Assembly (NCBI GenBank): GCA_951406725.2
Contig: OX597821.1
Location: forward strand, 50,654,001 to 50,718,000
DNA: 64,000 nt
Direction of reading: 5' to 3'
Source of the DNA: Octopus vulgaris
Taxonomy: Eukaryota
Part shown: positions 1 through 13,904 of the stretch, in pieces
Position numbering within the stretch: the first letter of the stretch is position 1
Layout of the letters: every line of letters begins with the position of its first letter
The notes under the pieces: generated by a model
What the model saw: only the letters and a program-made list of their open reading frames with translations
What the model was told of the DNA's origin: nothing
Database searches by the model: none
Position numbers and translations under genes: made by a program

Positions 1-121
1 CTGAGCAGAATATTTGCTGCAGTCCATCTTTTATACCAAGACAACACAATGTAGATGATAACACTTCCAATCAGTTAAGATCAGAAGCCATGGAAGCCAC
101 TTCTTCGTACATCATCAGGGC

Positions 122-239
<118 letters not shown>

Positions 240-434
240 CATTATTGTTGTTGTTGTTGATTAAAATAGTTTGATTCGGCTCCATGCGACGTAAAGTTTC
301 GCAGGTTTCTAGCAAGATGGAAGCCTGTGAAAAACATTAAGTCGCACATAGAGCCAAAATCAAACTATTTTAAATATTAATATATGTAACTCCTACTAAA
401 TGTGTCGCGCACCTCTTTCTTTTGCTTAACCACT

Positions 435-478
<44 letters not shown>

Positions 479-668
479 CATATGAATTCACAAACACATT
501 TCACACACACATACTACACGCTCGCGTGCACACAGACTCACACACATACAGACTTGTCATTGTCCTATATTTAGCTTTTCCCTTTGATATACTGACTATT
601 TATAGCTCTGACCTTGTGGCTGGGGAAGTATAAACGGAATACATATGGCTACATACGCAGATAAGTAC

Positions 669-725
<57 letters not shown>

Positions 726-854
726 CATACAGACATGTAACATTGACAATGTACATGAAGAATGTTTTCTTTTCAATTTTGTGTGCTTGTCTTACCTGGA
801 ATATACAACTTGACAAAGGACACCGGCTTGTCAAGTTCACAAATGCGATTGTCC

Positions 855-917
<63 letters not shown>

Positions 918-1060
918 GTGTGTGTGTTTTTGTGTATCTCCCCCCCCCCTCTCTCTCTCTCTATCTATCTATCTGTCTCTCTTTCTCTCTATATATATTT
1001 ACTTATGAATTAAAAGCAGCGCCAGTCTTGATAACATTACCGACCGAACGTAATTAATGA

Positions 1061-1906
1061 ATGCGCTTCACTTGTTTACCGGTTCGCTGCGGAACGGCGC
1101 TGTGGGGACGACTCCCTCATAGCACTGGGTTTTAAAGTACCTGAAAGTCATAGACAGGTGAGAACAACTCGCCCCAGTCCCATCGAGGAGTGTTGGATAC
1201 CAATATTTTGCCATTTTAGTGGCTTTTCGACATCACGACTTTGTACAAATGTGTTTACATTTTTATTTTTATTTGCATTTTGTTTCCTCCCGATATAACC
1301 GAAACGAAAAACCTGGCGGACGCTCAAGGTAAGAGAGCACCTTTAATGCAGGCCTGAAGAAGTCTTACTCCAATGTTTAAAACCGCAAATATTCCAGAAA
1401 CTTTTCACTTGGGACTTTTGCGTGAATTGGCGTTCAAAGTATATACATATAAATACACACACACACACACGCACGCACGCACACCTACACAAGGTGGCGA
1501 GCTGGCAGAATCGTTAGCTCGCCGAGCTAAATACGTAGCGGTATTTCGTCTGCCGCTACGTTCTGAGTTCGAATTCCGCCGAGGTCGACATTGCCTTTCA
1601 TCCTTTCGGGGTCGATTAAATAAGTACCAGTTACGCACTGGGGTCGATATAATCGACTTAATCTGTGTGTCTGTCCTTGTTTGTCCCCTCTGTGCTTAGC
1701 CCCTTGTAGGTAGTAAAGAAATAGGTATGTCGTCTGCCGCTACATTCTGAGTTCAAATTCCGCCGAGGTTGACATTGCCTTTCATCCTTTCGGGGTCGAT
1801 AAATTAAGTACCAGTTACACACTGGGGTCGATGTAAAACCAGTGCTATGAGGGAGTCGTCCCCACAGCGCCGTTCCGCAGCGAACCGGTAAACAAGTGAA
1901 GCGCAT
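1061..1906. repeat. ~73-bp inverted repeat pair (1061-1134 / 1834-1906; duplicate at ~4711-5557)
   Basis: ATGCGCTTCACTTGTTTACCGG...AGCACTGG(G)TTTTA and its reverse complement; the right copy interrupts a SINE. Confidence 0.9.
1491..1725 (+). mobile_element. tRNA-derived SINE with Nin/Deu-like central domain (family A). Other copies at ~5141, 7790(-), 15252, 15390(-), 17930(-), 28270, 60525(-), 62284(-), 62985
   Basis: A-box-like GGCAGAATCG, B-box GAGTTCGAATTCC, then GCCTTTCATCCTTTCGGGGTCGAT..AAGTACCAG; more than 10 copies in the window. Confidence 0.85.
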
Positions 1907-2163
1907 CCGTTGTTTGTCCTCTCTGTGTTTAGCCCCTTGTGGGTAGTAAAGAAATAGGTATTTCGTCCGTCTTTCCGTTCTGTCAGAATTCATATTCCGC
2001 CGAGGTTGACTTTGTCTTTCCTCCTTGTGGGGCACGACAAAAAAAAGTACCAATTGAGCACTGGGATTGATGTAATCGACTTACTCTCTCCACCGAAATT
2101 GCTGGGCTTGTGCCAAAATATACAGTTGTATCAATAATCATGTACGTACATGCATATAGAATA

Positions 2164-2255
<92 letters not shown>

Positions 2256-2679
2256 AAGAGAGGTAGTGAGAGGGAGTTAAAAAGAGAGTGAATGATAAGA
2301 TTGATTCGTAGTAACATGCCATCGGACCTGACTAAATACCAATTTCTCATAAGGTAATAAGTACTTTTCTTCTGTTCTTTAAATTCTATACAATCGTAAC
2401 AAATACCCTCACGTCACATATGCACACACGTATATGTATATCTCAAGCAGAGTACTATTAGACCACTATTTATATCCGTAAAAATTCGACCACCTGCCAG
2501 ATATAATTTTGAAGTTGTAGCGGGAATAAGTAGAATTGCTGATCTATCCTCACAGGGGGGTACCTTCAATTGGTCAGCCTCTTAGTGGTAAAAATAGATT
2601 TGCGTCGGGCCAACGTCTCAATAAAGAGAGAAAACGAAAGTTATGGAAGTAGTGATGACAATTCAAAACAAACACGACC

Positions 2680-2850
2680 TGGGAGAGGGAGGCCTTACCT
2701 CAGGGAAACATATAAGGCGAAATATTGAGGCAAAGGTGGAAAAGCAGGAATCCAACTGGAGAGATGTAGAAAAGACAGCCCAGCGCCGATAACACCGGAT
2801 AATAGTTGTCGATGGCCCATGCTTCATAGGGAAAAAATCGCTTGAAAGAA
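2680..2850 (+). mobile_element. RTE-clade LINE 3' fragment (duplicate at ~6330-6500)
   Basis: Degenerate translation RRNIEAKVEKQESNWRDVEKTAQRR..IVVDGPC resembles the RTE ORF C-terminus. Confidence 0.55.
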
Positions 2851-2889
2851 ATGAAAATGTGAAGCACAACAATGCATGGTAAACAACTG

Positions 2890-2989
2890 NNNNNNNNNNN
2901 NNNNNNNNNNNNNNNNNNNNNNNNNNNNNNNNNNNNNNNNNNNNNNNNNNNNNNNNNNNNNNNNNNNNNNNNNNNNNNNNNNNNNNNNN
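2890..2989. other. Assembly gap (100 N)
   Basis: Run of exactly 100 N. Confidence 0.99.
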
Positions 2990-3162
2990 ACAAATCTGTG
3001 CTATTCAGCGGAATATTTGTTGTAGCCCATCTTTTATACCAAGACAAAACAAATATATGATAACTCTTCCAATCAGTTAAGATCAGAAGCCACGAGAACC
3101 ACTGTCTGGTACTGCATCAGGGCATTGATGCTCCCCCACTACTTCTGCAGGTGATCAGAGAG

Positions 3163-3278
<116 letters not shown>

Positions 3279-3822
3279 ATTGAGTGAGAGAGCAGTGCAT
3301 GCCATCAAAGTGACACTGGGGTAAAATATACGAAGCTCAGAATACACATCATGACTACCCGTCTGATAAGGGTATCACAACCATGCGTGAGCGGCATAAT
3401 GAACTCATATCAAGATAAACAGTGCATGACCTTGCAGGTGGGGCCCATTTAGAATTTTCTTCTGGTCGAGTAACCCATCCCGCTCAAAAGGTCCCCCAAA
3501 TAAGGGTTGTTTAGGGATGTTGAACAAAAAAAAAACCCATGTTTCTATAGGTAAATTATCCAAACCCCAAACAATTCCTCTCAACACATGGCTATGATGC
3601 TCTCCCACTACTTCTGCTCGTGATCAGAGATGCACATATCGTCAGCCGCTAAGGGAATGCACAACTGGTTAAAGTCAAGCAACTGACAAGCAAATATGTG
3701 GTACTGAGCAGAATATTTGCTGCAGTCCATCTTTTATACCAAGACAACACAATGTAGATGATAACACTTCCAATCAGTTAAGATCAGAAGCCATGGAAGC
3801 CACTTCTTCGTACATCATCAGG

Positions 3823-3944
<122 letters not shown>

Positions 3945-4504
3945 CATTATTGTTGTTGTTGTTGATTAAAATAGTTTGATTCGGCTCCATGCGACGTAAA
4001 GTTTCGCAGGTTTCTAGCAAGATGGAAGCCTGTGAAAAACATTAAGTCGCACATAGAGCCAAAATCAAACTATTTTAAATATTAATATATGTAACTCCTA
4101 CTAAATGTGTCGCGCACCTCTTTCTTTTGCTTAACCACTTATGTATATATATATATATATATATATATAGGCATATGAATTCACAAACACATACTACACG
4201 CTCGCGTGCACACAGACTCACACACATACAGACTTGTCATTGTCCTATATTTAGCTTTTCCCTTTGATATACTGACTATTTATAGCTCTGACCTTGTGGC
4301 TGGGGAAGTATAAACGGAATACATATGGCTACATACGCAGATAAGTACACACACACACACACACACACACATGTGCATACAGACATGTAACATTGACAAT
4401 GTACATGAAGAATGTTTTCTTTTCAATTTTGTGTGCTTGTCTTACCTGGAATATACAACTTGACAAAGGACACCGGCTTGTCAAGTTCACAAATGCGATT
4501 GTCC

Positions 4505-4570
<66 letters not shown>

Positions 4571-5816
4571 GTGTGTGTGTTTTTGTGTATCTCCCCCCCT
4601 CTCTCTCTCTCTATCTATCTATCTGTCTCTCTTTCTCTCTATATATATTTACTTATGAATTAAAAGCAGCGCCAGTCTTGATAACATTACCGACCGAACG
4701 TAATTAATGAATGCGCTTCACTTGTTTACCGGTTCGCTGCGGAACGGCGCTGTGGGGACGACTCCCTCATAGCACTGGGTTTTAAAGTACCTGAAAGTCA
4801 TAGACAGGTGAGAACAACTCGCCCCAGTCCCATCGAGGAGTGTTGGATACCAATATTTTGCCATTTTAGTGGCTTTTCGACATCACGACTTTGTACAAAT
4901 GTGTTTACATTTTTATTTTTATTTGCATTTTGTTTCCTCCCGATATAACCGAAACGAAAAACCTGGCGGACGCTCAAGGTAAGAGAGCACCTTTAATGCA
5001 GGCCTGAAGAAGTCTTACTCCAATGTTTAAAACCGCAAATATTCCAGAAACTTTTCACTTGGGACTTTTGCGTGAATTGGCGTTCAAAGTATATACATAT
5101 AAATACACACACACACACACGCACGCACGCACACCTACACAAGGTGGCGAGCTGGCAGAATCGTTAGCTCGCCGAGCTAAATACGTAGCGGTATTTCGTC
5201 TGCCGCTACGTTCTGAGTTCGAATTCCGCCGAGGTCGACATTGCCTTTCATCCTTTCGGGGTCGATTAAATAAGTACCAGTTACGCACTGGGGTCGATAT
5301 AATCGACTTAATCTGTGTGTCTGTCCTTGTTTGTCCCCTCTGTGCTTAGCCCCTTGTAGGTAGTAAAGAAATAGGTATGTCGTCTGCCGCTACATTCTGA
5401 GTTCAAATTCCGCCGAGGTTGACATTGCCTTTCATCCTTTCGGGGGTCGATAAATTAAGTACCAGTTACACACTGGGGTCGATGTAAAACCAGTGCTATG
5501 AGGGAGTCGTCCCCACAGCGCCGTTCCGCAGCGAACCGGTAAACAAGTGAAGCGCATCCGTTGTTTGTCCTCTCTGTGTTTAGCCCCTTGTGGGTAGTAA
5601 AGAAATAGGTATTTCGTCCGTCTTTCCGTTCTGTCAGAATTCATATTCCGCCGAGGTTGACTTTGTCTTTCCTCCTTGTGGGGCACGACAAAAAAAAGTA
5701 CCAATTGAGCACTGGGATTGATGTAATCGACTTACTCTCTCCACCGAAATTGCTGGGCTTGTGCCAAAATATACAGTTGTATCAATAATCATGTACGTAC
5801 ATGCATATAGAATATA

Positions 5817-5913
<97 letters not shown>

Positions 5914-6861
5914 GTAGTGAGAGGGAGTTAAAAAGAGAGTGAATGATAAGATTGATTCGTAGTAACATGCCATCGGACCTGACTAAATACCAATTTCTCA
6001 TAAGGTAATAAGTACTTTTCTTCTGTTCTTTAAATTCTATACAATCGTAACAAATACCCTCACGTCACATATGCACACACGTATATGTATATCTCAAGCA
6101 GAGTACTATTAGACCACTATTTATATCCGTAAAAATTCGACCACCTGCCAGATATAATTTTGAAGTTGTAGCGGGAATAAGTAGAATTGCTGATCTATCC
6201 TCACAGGGGGGTACCTTCAATTGGTCAGCCTCTTAGTGGTAAAAATAGATTTGCGTCGGGCCAACGTCTCAATAAAGAGAGAAAACGAAAGTTATGGAAG
6301 TAGTGATGACAATTCAAAACAAACACGACCTGGGAGAGGGAGGCCTTACCTCAGGGAAACATATAAGGCGAAATATTGAGGCAAAGGTGGAAAAGCAGGA
6401 ATCCAACTGGAGAGATGTAGAAAAGACAGCCCAGCGCCGATAACACCGGATAATAGTTGTCGATGGCCCATGCTTCATAGGGAAAAAATCGCTTGAAAGA
6501 AATGAAAATGTGAAGCACAACAATGCATGGTAAACAACTGCAACAACAGTAATGATGATGATAATGATGATGATGATGATGATAATAATGGTTTCGAATT
6601 TTGTCACAAGGGCAGCCATTTTGGAGGAGAGGATGAGTCGATTACATCGACGCCAGTGTTCAACGCGTAAGGATGAATTTGAACTCAGAACGTAGAGACG
6701 GGCGAAATATCGCTAAGCATTTTGTCCAGCGTGCTAACGATTCGGCCAGCTCACTGCCTTAATAATAATAACAACAACAACAGAAACAAGAATAATAATA
6801 ATTGCCCTCATGCATTGCCAGTTAGTGGCTCTCATGGCTTCTGATCTTAACTGATTGGAAG

Positions 6862-6991
<130 letters not shown>

Positions 6992-7406
6992 ATAAACCAA
7001 GAGAATAAAGTTAAGAGGTGTAAATTATTTAAAGAAATAACAGAAAACATATGACAAATCCAAACCGTAGTACACCTTTATAATACAGGTCAACAAAAAT
7101 CGAATTAGAACCACATAAACATAAATAAAAGCGAATATGTAGAAGATTTACGAATAGGAAATTCCAAAGAAAATGTTTAAATCATGACTATAACAATCTC
7201 AAACTGGAAATAATTCAAGAATGACAAACAATAAAATGTTTTGCAAGAGATCAAAGGAAATCGCTCCTAAAGATAAAAACTCGACTATCAAAAAAACAAC
7301 AGTAATAAATAACGCAAACCTGACTATCACGGACTTAATGAAAGCAAACACAAATATATCAATGATAAATCTCAGAGCGAGTTATAAACAGTAGCGGTAA
7401 CACATC

Positions 7407-7736
7407 GTGATGCATATATGCCATTTGAATATGGCTAACCCATAAGGGTGGATGCTACTGTAGTTTGTAGCCCCAGGAAGATATCTCCTCCAGCTGGCTA
7501 TAGACACACTATCTGTGTCCTGTCAGTATTTGTGAAGGGGAGTCATCCTCCCCGTCTTCAACACATGATACACACGTACCCGAAACTCGGGTACGTGTGA
7601 CTCCCCTTCACAAATACTGACAGGACACAGATAGTGTGTCTATAGCCAGCTGGAGGAGATATCTTCCTGGGGCTACAAACTACAGTAGCATCCACCCTTA
7701 TGGGTTAGCCATATTCAAATGGCATATATGCATCAC
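7407..7736. mobile_element. Fold-back element with 139-bp arms (7407-7545 / 7598-7736); truncated member of the hammerhead-bearing ~360-nt family
   Basis: Arms are reverse complements. The centre holds GAAACTCGGGTA (3' half of a hammerhead). The arm shares CTCCC, GGACAC..GTGTC, CCTGGGGCTA and GCCATATTCAAATGGC motifs with 31721-32111. Confidence 0.85.
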
Positions 7737-8043
7737 AAATATATCGTTCTAGTTTTAGTATATCTACTGCCAAAGCATGTACATTATTGGTTTCAAAGTT
7801 TGGCACAAGGCCAGCAAGTATGAAGGAGGGGATGAATAGATTACATCAATTCTAGTGCTCTACTGGTACTTATTTTATCGACCTGAAAGGCAAAATTGAC
7901 CTTGGCGGAATTTGAACTCAGAACGTAAAGAGGGACGAAATGTCGCTAAGCATTTTGCCTGGAGTGCTAAAGATTCTGCTAGTTCGCCGCCTAAAAGCAA
8001 AGACAAATATTAATAACATTATATATATATATTTTTTTTTTCG

Positions 8044-9545
8044 GATAAAACCAAGAACTTATACCTGATAGATAACAGCATATATACACAACTCTTACAC
8101 AACAGCATCATTAATAATTACACTAGGGCTAGGCCACAGACATATAATGAAATTAATAAAGAAGCTAGCGTTATCGCCGCTAAACTTAAATTAAATAAAA
8201 AAATAGAAGTCCTCCCCCAAAAAGAGGCCTTTATTACAATTAAAGACCACAAAGAGAACTTCCTTTCCAACCCTAAATGTGAGCTTATCAACCCAGCTAA
8301 GTCAGAACTTGGGATTATTAGTAAAGAAATTTTAGATAAAATAAATGCGAAAATTAAGACCGCTACTAGGCTAGTACAATGGTCCAATAGTATAGAAGTC
8401 GTAGACTGGTTTAAAGCCATTAAGAATAAGAAAAAAGCGAGGTTTACACAATTCGATATTGTTGATTTTTATGCCACTATCTCTAAAGAACTGCTAGATA
8501 ACGCCCTCGTCTTCGCTAGCGATTTCATAGAAAACAATACAAATGATAAGGACATAATCTTCCATGTTAGAAAAACCTTGCTTTTCAGTGAGAACGCAAA
8601 GTGGGTCAAAAATACCGACACAGAGGGTGCTTTCGATGTGAGCATGGGGTCATATGATGGAGCAGGCATTTGCGATCTTATTGGATTTTTTCTCCTAGAT
8701 ACTTTAGGTAAGACATTTCCTGACGTATATTTCGCCATCTACAAAGATGATGCCCTCGCTTTAACCGCTAATACAAATGGACCAGCACAGGATCGTTTTA
8801 GGAAGGATATTATCCAATTAATGAAATATTTCGGACTTAGTATAACTATAGATACTAACCTGACGGTTGTCAATTTCCTAGGCGTTTCCTTAGATCTAAA
8901 TAAGAATATTTATAAGCCTTATAGGAAGCCCAATGATAGACTTAGTTATATTAATGTAGATTCGTGCCATCCCCCTATAGTATTCAAAAATTTAGTTAAA
9001 AATATTAGTAAGAGAATTTCTAGCCTCTCCTCCGATAAGGACATTTTTAATAGCGTTGCCCCAGTTTATAATAAGGCTTTAAAAGATAGTGGATTTAGCG
9101 AAAAAATAAAATATACACCTGTTACTAGCCCAACAGTAAAGAAGAGGAAAAATAGAAATAGGAAGATCATCTGGTTTACACCCCCTTACTCACCCGAGGT
9201 GACCTTCAATATAGGTAAATATTTCTTAACACTGATAGATAGACATTTTCCAGTCAACCATACTTATAGGAAACTCTTCAATAAACATAATTTAAAAATT
9301 AGTTTTAGTTCTACTACCAATTTTAAAAATATAATCACACATAACACACAAAAACCACAAGAAAACAGCTGTTCATGCAGGAATAAAAAATTGTGCCCGC
9401 TAAATGGAGCTTGCATGTCCGAGACCATCATCTATGAAGCTGCCGTGGACTCTATAACCACTAAAGACACCGTTTCGATGAAGAAATACGTGGGCCTTAC
9501 AGAGGGTAATTTCAAGGCCAGGTTCAATAACCACACCTTGAGTTG
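8044..9545 (+). mobile_element. Penelope-like element ORF (RT + Cys linker + GIY-YIG), truncated at both ends
   Basis: Frame is open from ~8044 (DKTKNLY...AFITIKDHKENF...QFDIVDFY...FDVSMGSYDGA...IYKDD...FLGV...WFTPPYS...CSC..CPLNGAC..IIYEA..KYVGLTEGNFKARFNNH) and ends in (TG)n. The ORF-track entry at 8578 is its 3' part. Confidence 0.92.
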
Positions 9546-9901
9546 TTATATGTATAACAACTTGTGTGTCTGTGTGTGTATCTGTGTGTGTGTCTGTGTG
9601 TTTAACTTTTGGACCTACCAAGTTTCATTATTAAGGATGGAAAGTAGTGTGTAGCAAATCTATATATATAAAGCTGAAGTTGTCTGTGTATGGCAGGTTT
9701 GGTAGCCTTCAACTAACACTACCTCCTTCGAGACCCTGCATCGCAAGTTGACCAAAATTGAGAGTATGATAGAAGAAGGCGTGCTCTTTATTCTGTAGAA
9801 GATAAAATTCAAATCGGATCATGTTAACACCAAAAATTATTTACATCAAAAAGGTGCTTTTTTTTCTATGAAAAGCCCTTATGTGTATATATATATATAA
9901 G

Positions 9902-9935
<34 letters not shown>

Positions 9936-9937
<2 letters not shown>

Positions 9938-10046
9938 TAATTAGATAAAGATGTCTACGGTCGCCCATAGCCATCTTTATCTAATTACTCTACTGCTCTA
10001 TAGCTTAGTGGGTACTTCTCTGTCGGATTTATGATTTACTGACGTT
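9936..10046. repeat. Short hairpin insert within a (TA)n tract
   Basis: AGTAATTAGATAAAGATG...CATCTTTATCTAATTACT inverted arms followed by TACTGCTCTAT, a motif shared with ~42062. Confidence 0.7.
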
Positions 10047-10384
10047 ATATATATATATGTATATATATATATTTATATGTATATATATGTATATGTATGT
10101 GTATATGTATGTGTATATATATGTATATGTATATATATATATGTGTATATATATATATATGTATATATATATATGTATGTATATGTATATATATATGTAT
10201 ATATATGTATATATATATATATGTATATATATGTATATATATGTATATATATATGTATATATATGTATATATATGTATGTATATATATATATGTATATAT
10301 ATGTATATGTAAGTATATGTATATATATATATGTATATATATGTATATATATATGTATGTATATATATGTATATATATGTATGT

Positions 10385-10415
<31 letters not shown>

Positions 10416-10493
10416 TATATATATGTATATGTATATATATATGTATATATATGTATATGCATATATATATGTATATGTATATATATATGTATG

Positions 10494-10574
<81 letters not shown>

Positions 10575-10580
10575 GTATCA
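10046..10580. repeat. (TA)n/(TATG)n microsatellite; representative of many (18600-19000, 35970-36300, 44600-45090, 55640-55990 etc.)
   Basis: Directly visible. Confidence 0.99.
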
Positions 10581-11241
10581 ACTGAGTCGACCCGACCTTG
10601 ATATTATCACTGTATTGAAAAAGTCATCATCAAATTCGTGCTGGAATTCCAGTTCACTGTACAACAGTGTTGATAATGTGTTCTCATGTTGATTTAGAGA
10701 AAAGACCAGATTACAATAAACCTTTGTCTATTTCGTTTGTTGTTATCTCAACTTCTCCATATATATATATATATATACATATACACATATATATATATAT
10801 ATACACACATACATATTTACATAGAGATTTGTTTTAAGCCACCAAGTATAGAGTCCTTGAAATGTTGTAGGACAGAGAATATGTTTAAAGAAATTAAACC
10901 ATTGCACAAACATTAACTATAAGTATCCATACACACACTCGCACACACACATACACATATGCACACATACACACATAGAGATACGCACACACACACAAAC
11001 AGATACGCACACATGTATGTAGTGCTCTCTCTCTCTCTCTCTCTCTTTATATATATATATGTCTATATGCACGTATATGTGTGAATATGTATGCATGTAT
11101 CATGAGAGTAAACATGATAAAAAAGGAGTCAAATTCATAACAAAAGAAGTGAACAAAATATAACAATAAGAATATGCCATGTATTAAGAGAATTATGATA
11201 TGATATACACATATTCATACATACATGTATATATATATATC

Positions 11242-11310
<69 letters not shown>

Positions 11311-13629
11311 CTGTACATATACATACATATATGCATGTTTGATGCTGGGCTCACAGTCATAAGCTTGTCACTTCGATTCCCCGAACAGATTGGTGCGCTG
11401 TATTCTTGAGCAAGGTACTTCCTTTCAGTTACTTATTCATAATTTTGGGCCATTCTTCCTTTATCCACCTTTCAGTTGATAAAAGCAAATGGTGCACTAT
11501 AACCTCACCATGAACGCATTCATACACAGTATTTTTATTCTCCTTTCGTCAGTTGGTATGATGTTTTCTGCGCCTATTTCTTTTCAAAATATTCCGTTTT
11601 TTGACCTATCAGTAATTAAAATATTCTTTTCTCGAACATTACCAAATCAAGTTTTCAATTCTGATTCAACTTGATTATTTTTCCTTAAATCTCTTTTCCA
11701 ACTTAATGTTTTTTCAATGTCAGATCTTTGTCTTTGAATCTTACACAATAATGATTGTAAAATTTTAAAGTAAAAAGCAGTACAATATGCGGGGGATGGG
11801 GTGGATTAGTTCTGGCATTTTTGGTTTCTGGAATCAATACTTTTTCTTATATCTTGGGACGGTATTTCTTTTCTTGCCAAATAAACTCCCGCACTATATA
11901 TTCGTTCTTCACTCGTTTATTATTGTTCTTATTCTATCTTATGTCCACTGTCTGGAAATCTTTCGTCACACATCTGTGACATCTTCAGCGACTCTAACAC
12001 CCACGTTTATTTTCCTTCTAATAGCCAGTGGATGAAGGCGCATGGCCTATTAGTTAGGCGTAGTAGTCAAGATCGCAAGATCGTAGTTGCGATTCACGGC
12101 CCTGGCGTTGCGTTATGTTCTTAAGGAAAATCTTCAGTTCATGTTGTCCCAGTCACCTCAGCTGTAAACGTGTAAACCTTCCACGGACTGGTGTTCCGTT
12201 GAAGAAAATATTGTGATCTTGGGCGCTTATACGCCAAGGAGACCTGGTAATCCACCCGACGAGTCTTATGACTCGAAAAAGTAATGTGATAGCCAATACA
12301 AGTGTAGAATCTAGTCAGTTTAGTTAATTCTTTATATTCTGATATCATATATTCATGAATAATGCTGAAGTGCTTTATAGCAAAAATGGATGACTTGAAG
12401 AATTGCAATATCCATCCTTCTTAGTTGTTTAACTTTTTGCTTTTCTTGGTTAATTTCCCGCAAGTCATCGTGGTCCATGCTTGTGGATGTGTTGTATTAT
12501 CCTTGTGCTATTCTTTTTTTTAAATCTATTATTCGTCCTTATATTCTATATTGTATTACAAATAATAAAGCAAAATTATAGAATATAATATGAGAGAAAT
12601 CAATAAAAATGTACGTTTAATTCCTACAATTTCCCTTGCTGTTCCAATTCCTGCTTCTAGTACGTCTTCCAATATTATTTATGTTCATTATTGGTGTCCC
12701 GGAAGACTTAACTCGGTAGTTGTTTCAAATAGACGATTTCTGGTTGAGAAATCGCTCACAAATTTCAAATAATCTTATCAAGCATGTCTTTGTTCAGAAC
12801 AAATTGTTTGGGTATTTTTTTAACTGCAAAGATTTCTTATTCCTTATTCGTGCTGAATTTCTTTGGTTTCATCAAGATTTCTTTCTATTATTTCCTTTTT
12901 CGCTGATTAAGAAAACTACTCCTCTCCTTTTGTCAATTTTCTATAATATATTTTCTAACATGTTTTTTTCTGATGCTTTGCAAATGTGCCTGACTGGACA
13001 GGATATGTGGGGTTATGTTGTAGTAGCAGTAGTAGTAATAGTAGTAGTAGTGGTAGTAGTAGTAATAATTATTGTTGGTTAGCGCCCGCCTTAGGAGAGT
13101 TCTCATCAAGCAGATTTATCATTATAGACACTCCAGTCATGATCATCCCATCTGTATCTATGACTTCATTATGACACGGTTTCTGTTTTTTCAGATGGTA
13201 GTGTGTGATTTGAGAGAGATTTGGTTGCTATATATAGCTGGTTGATCACGTAAAAGTTTCCTCGTTCGTTTACTGATGTTGTTATGGGGTTGAAAGATGC
13301 TACAGTTGTATGGGACGCTGCCGTAGTGTTTTAGGGCGTTATAACAGTGTTGTAGGGTGGTGTAGTAATGTTTTGAGGTTGTTGTAGTAGTGTTCAGGAA
13401 TGTTCTTGTACTACTGTTAAGAGGTTTTGTAGCAAGGTGTTTTTTGAGGAAGAGTTGTAGTAGTTTGTGGTGTATTATGGTAGTATTTTAGGTTGCTTGC
13501 TGTAATACGGTTGGAGATGTGCTGTAGATAACTTTGCCCTGTGTAAGAAAGCCGGTGTTCTTTTGATGGTGTTGTAGTTGTGTTCTTGAATATTTTAGCG
13601 ATGTTGGGGGAACAAACACAGACATACAA

Positions 13630-13702
<73 letters not shown>

Positions 13703-13704
13703 CG

Positions 13705-13866
13705 ACGGGCTTCTTTCAGTTTCCGTCTACCAAATCCACTCACAAGGCTTTGGTTGGCCTGAAGCTATAGTAGAAGACACTTGTCGAAGGTGCCACGCAG
13801 TGGGACTGAACCCGGAACCATGTGACTGGTAAACAAGCTACTTATCACACAGCCACTCCTGCGCCT
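13705..13866 (-). mobile_element. tRNA-derived SINE, CORE-like (family B). Bipartite copies at ~36780-37160(-), 40950-41500, 43633-44070, 45355-45830(-), 46500-47110
   Basis: GGCGCAGGAGTGGCTGTG..GGGTTCAGTCCCACTGCGTGGCACCTT..CAAGTGTCTTC head, followed by a microsatellite and a conserved 3' module in longer copies. Confidence 0.8.
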
Positions 13867-13904
13867 ATTTTTGAGCTGATAGAGCGTCATTTGGGGGTTA
13901 TTTG

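Noticed and set aside
1295-1420. CTGAAGA followed by a possible stem
   Set aside because: No correctly placed GAAA/NUH segment, so not called a hammerhead.
10045-10692. Many YI/HT/CV-rich ORFs here and throughout the window
   Set aside because: They are translations of stop-free microsatellites.
11400-12960. Possible additional R4/Dong LINE remnants on the minus strand
   Set aside because: Too decayed to delimit or support by eye.
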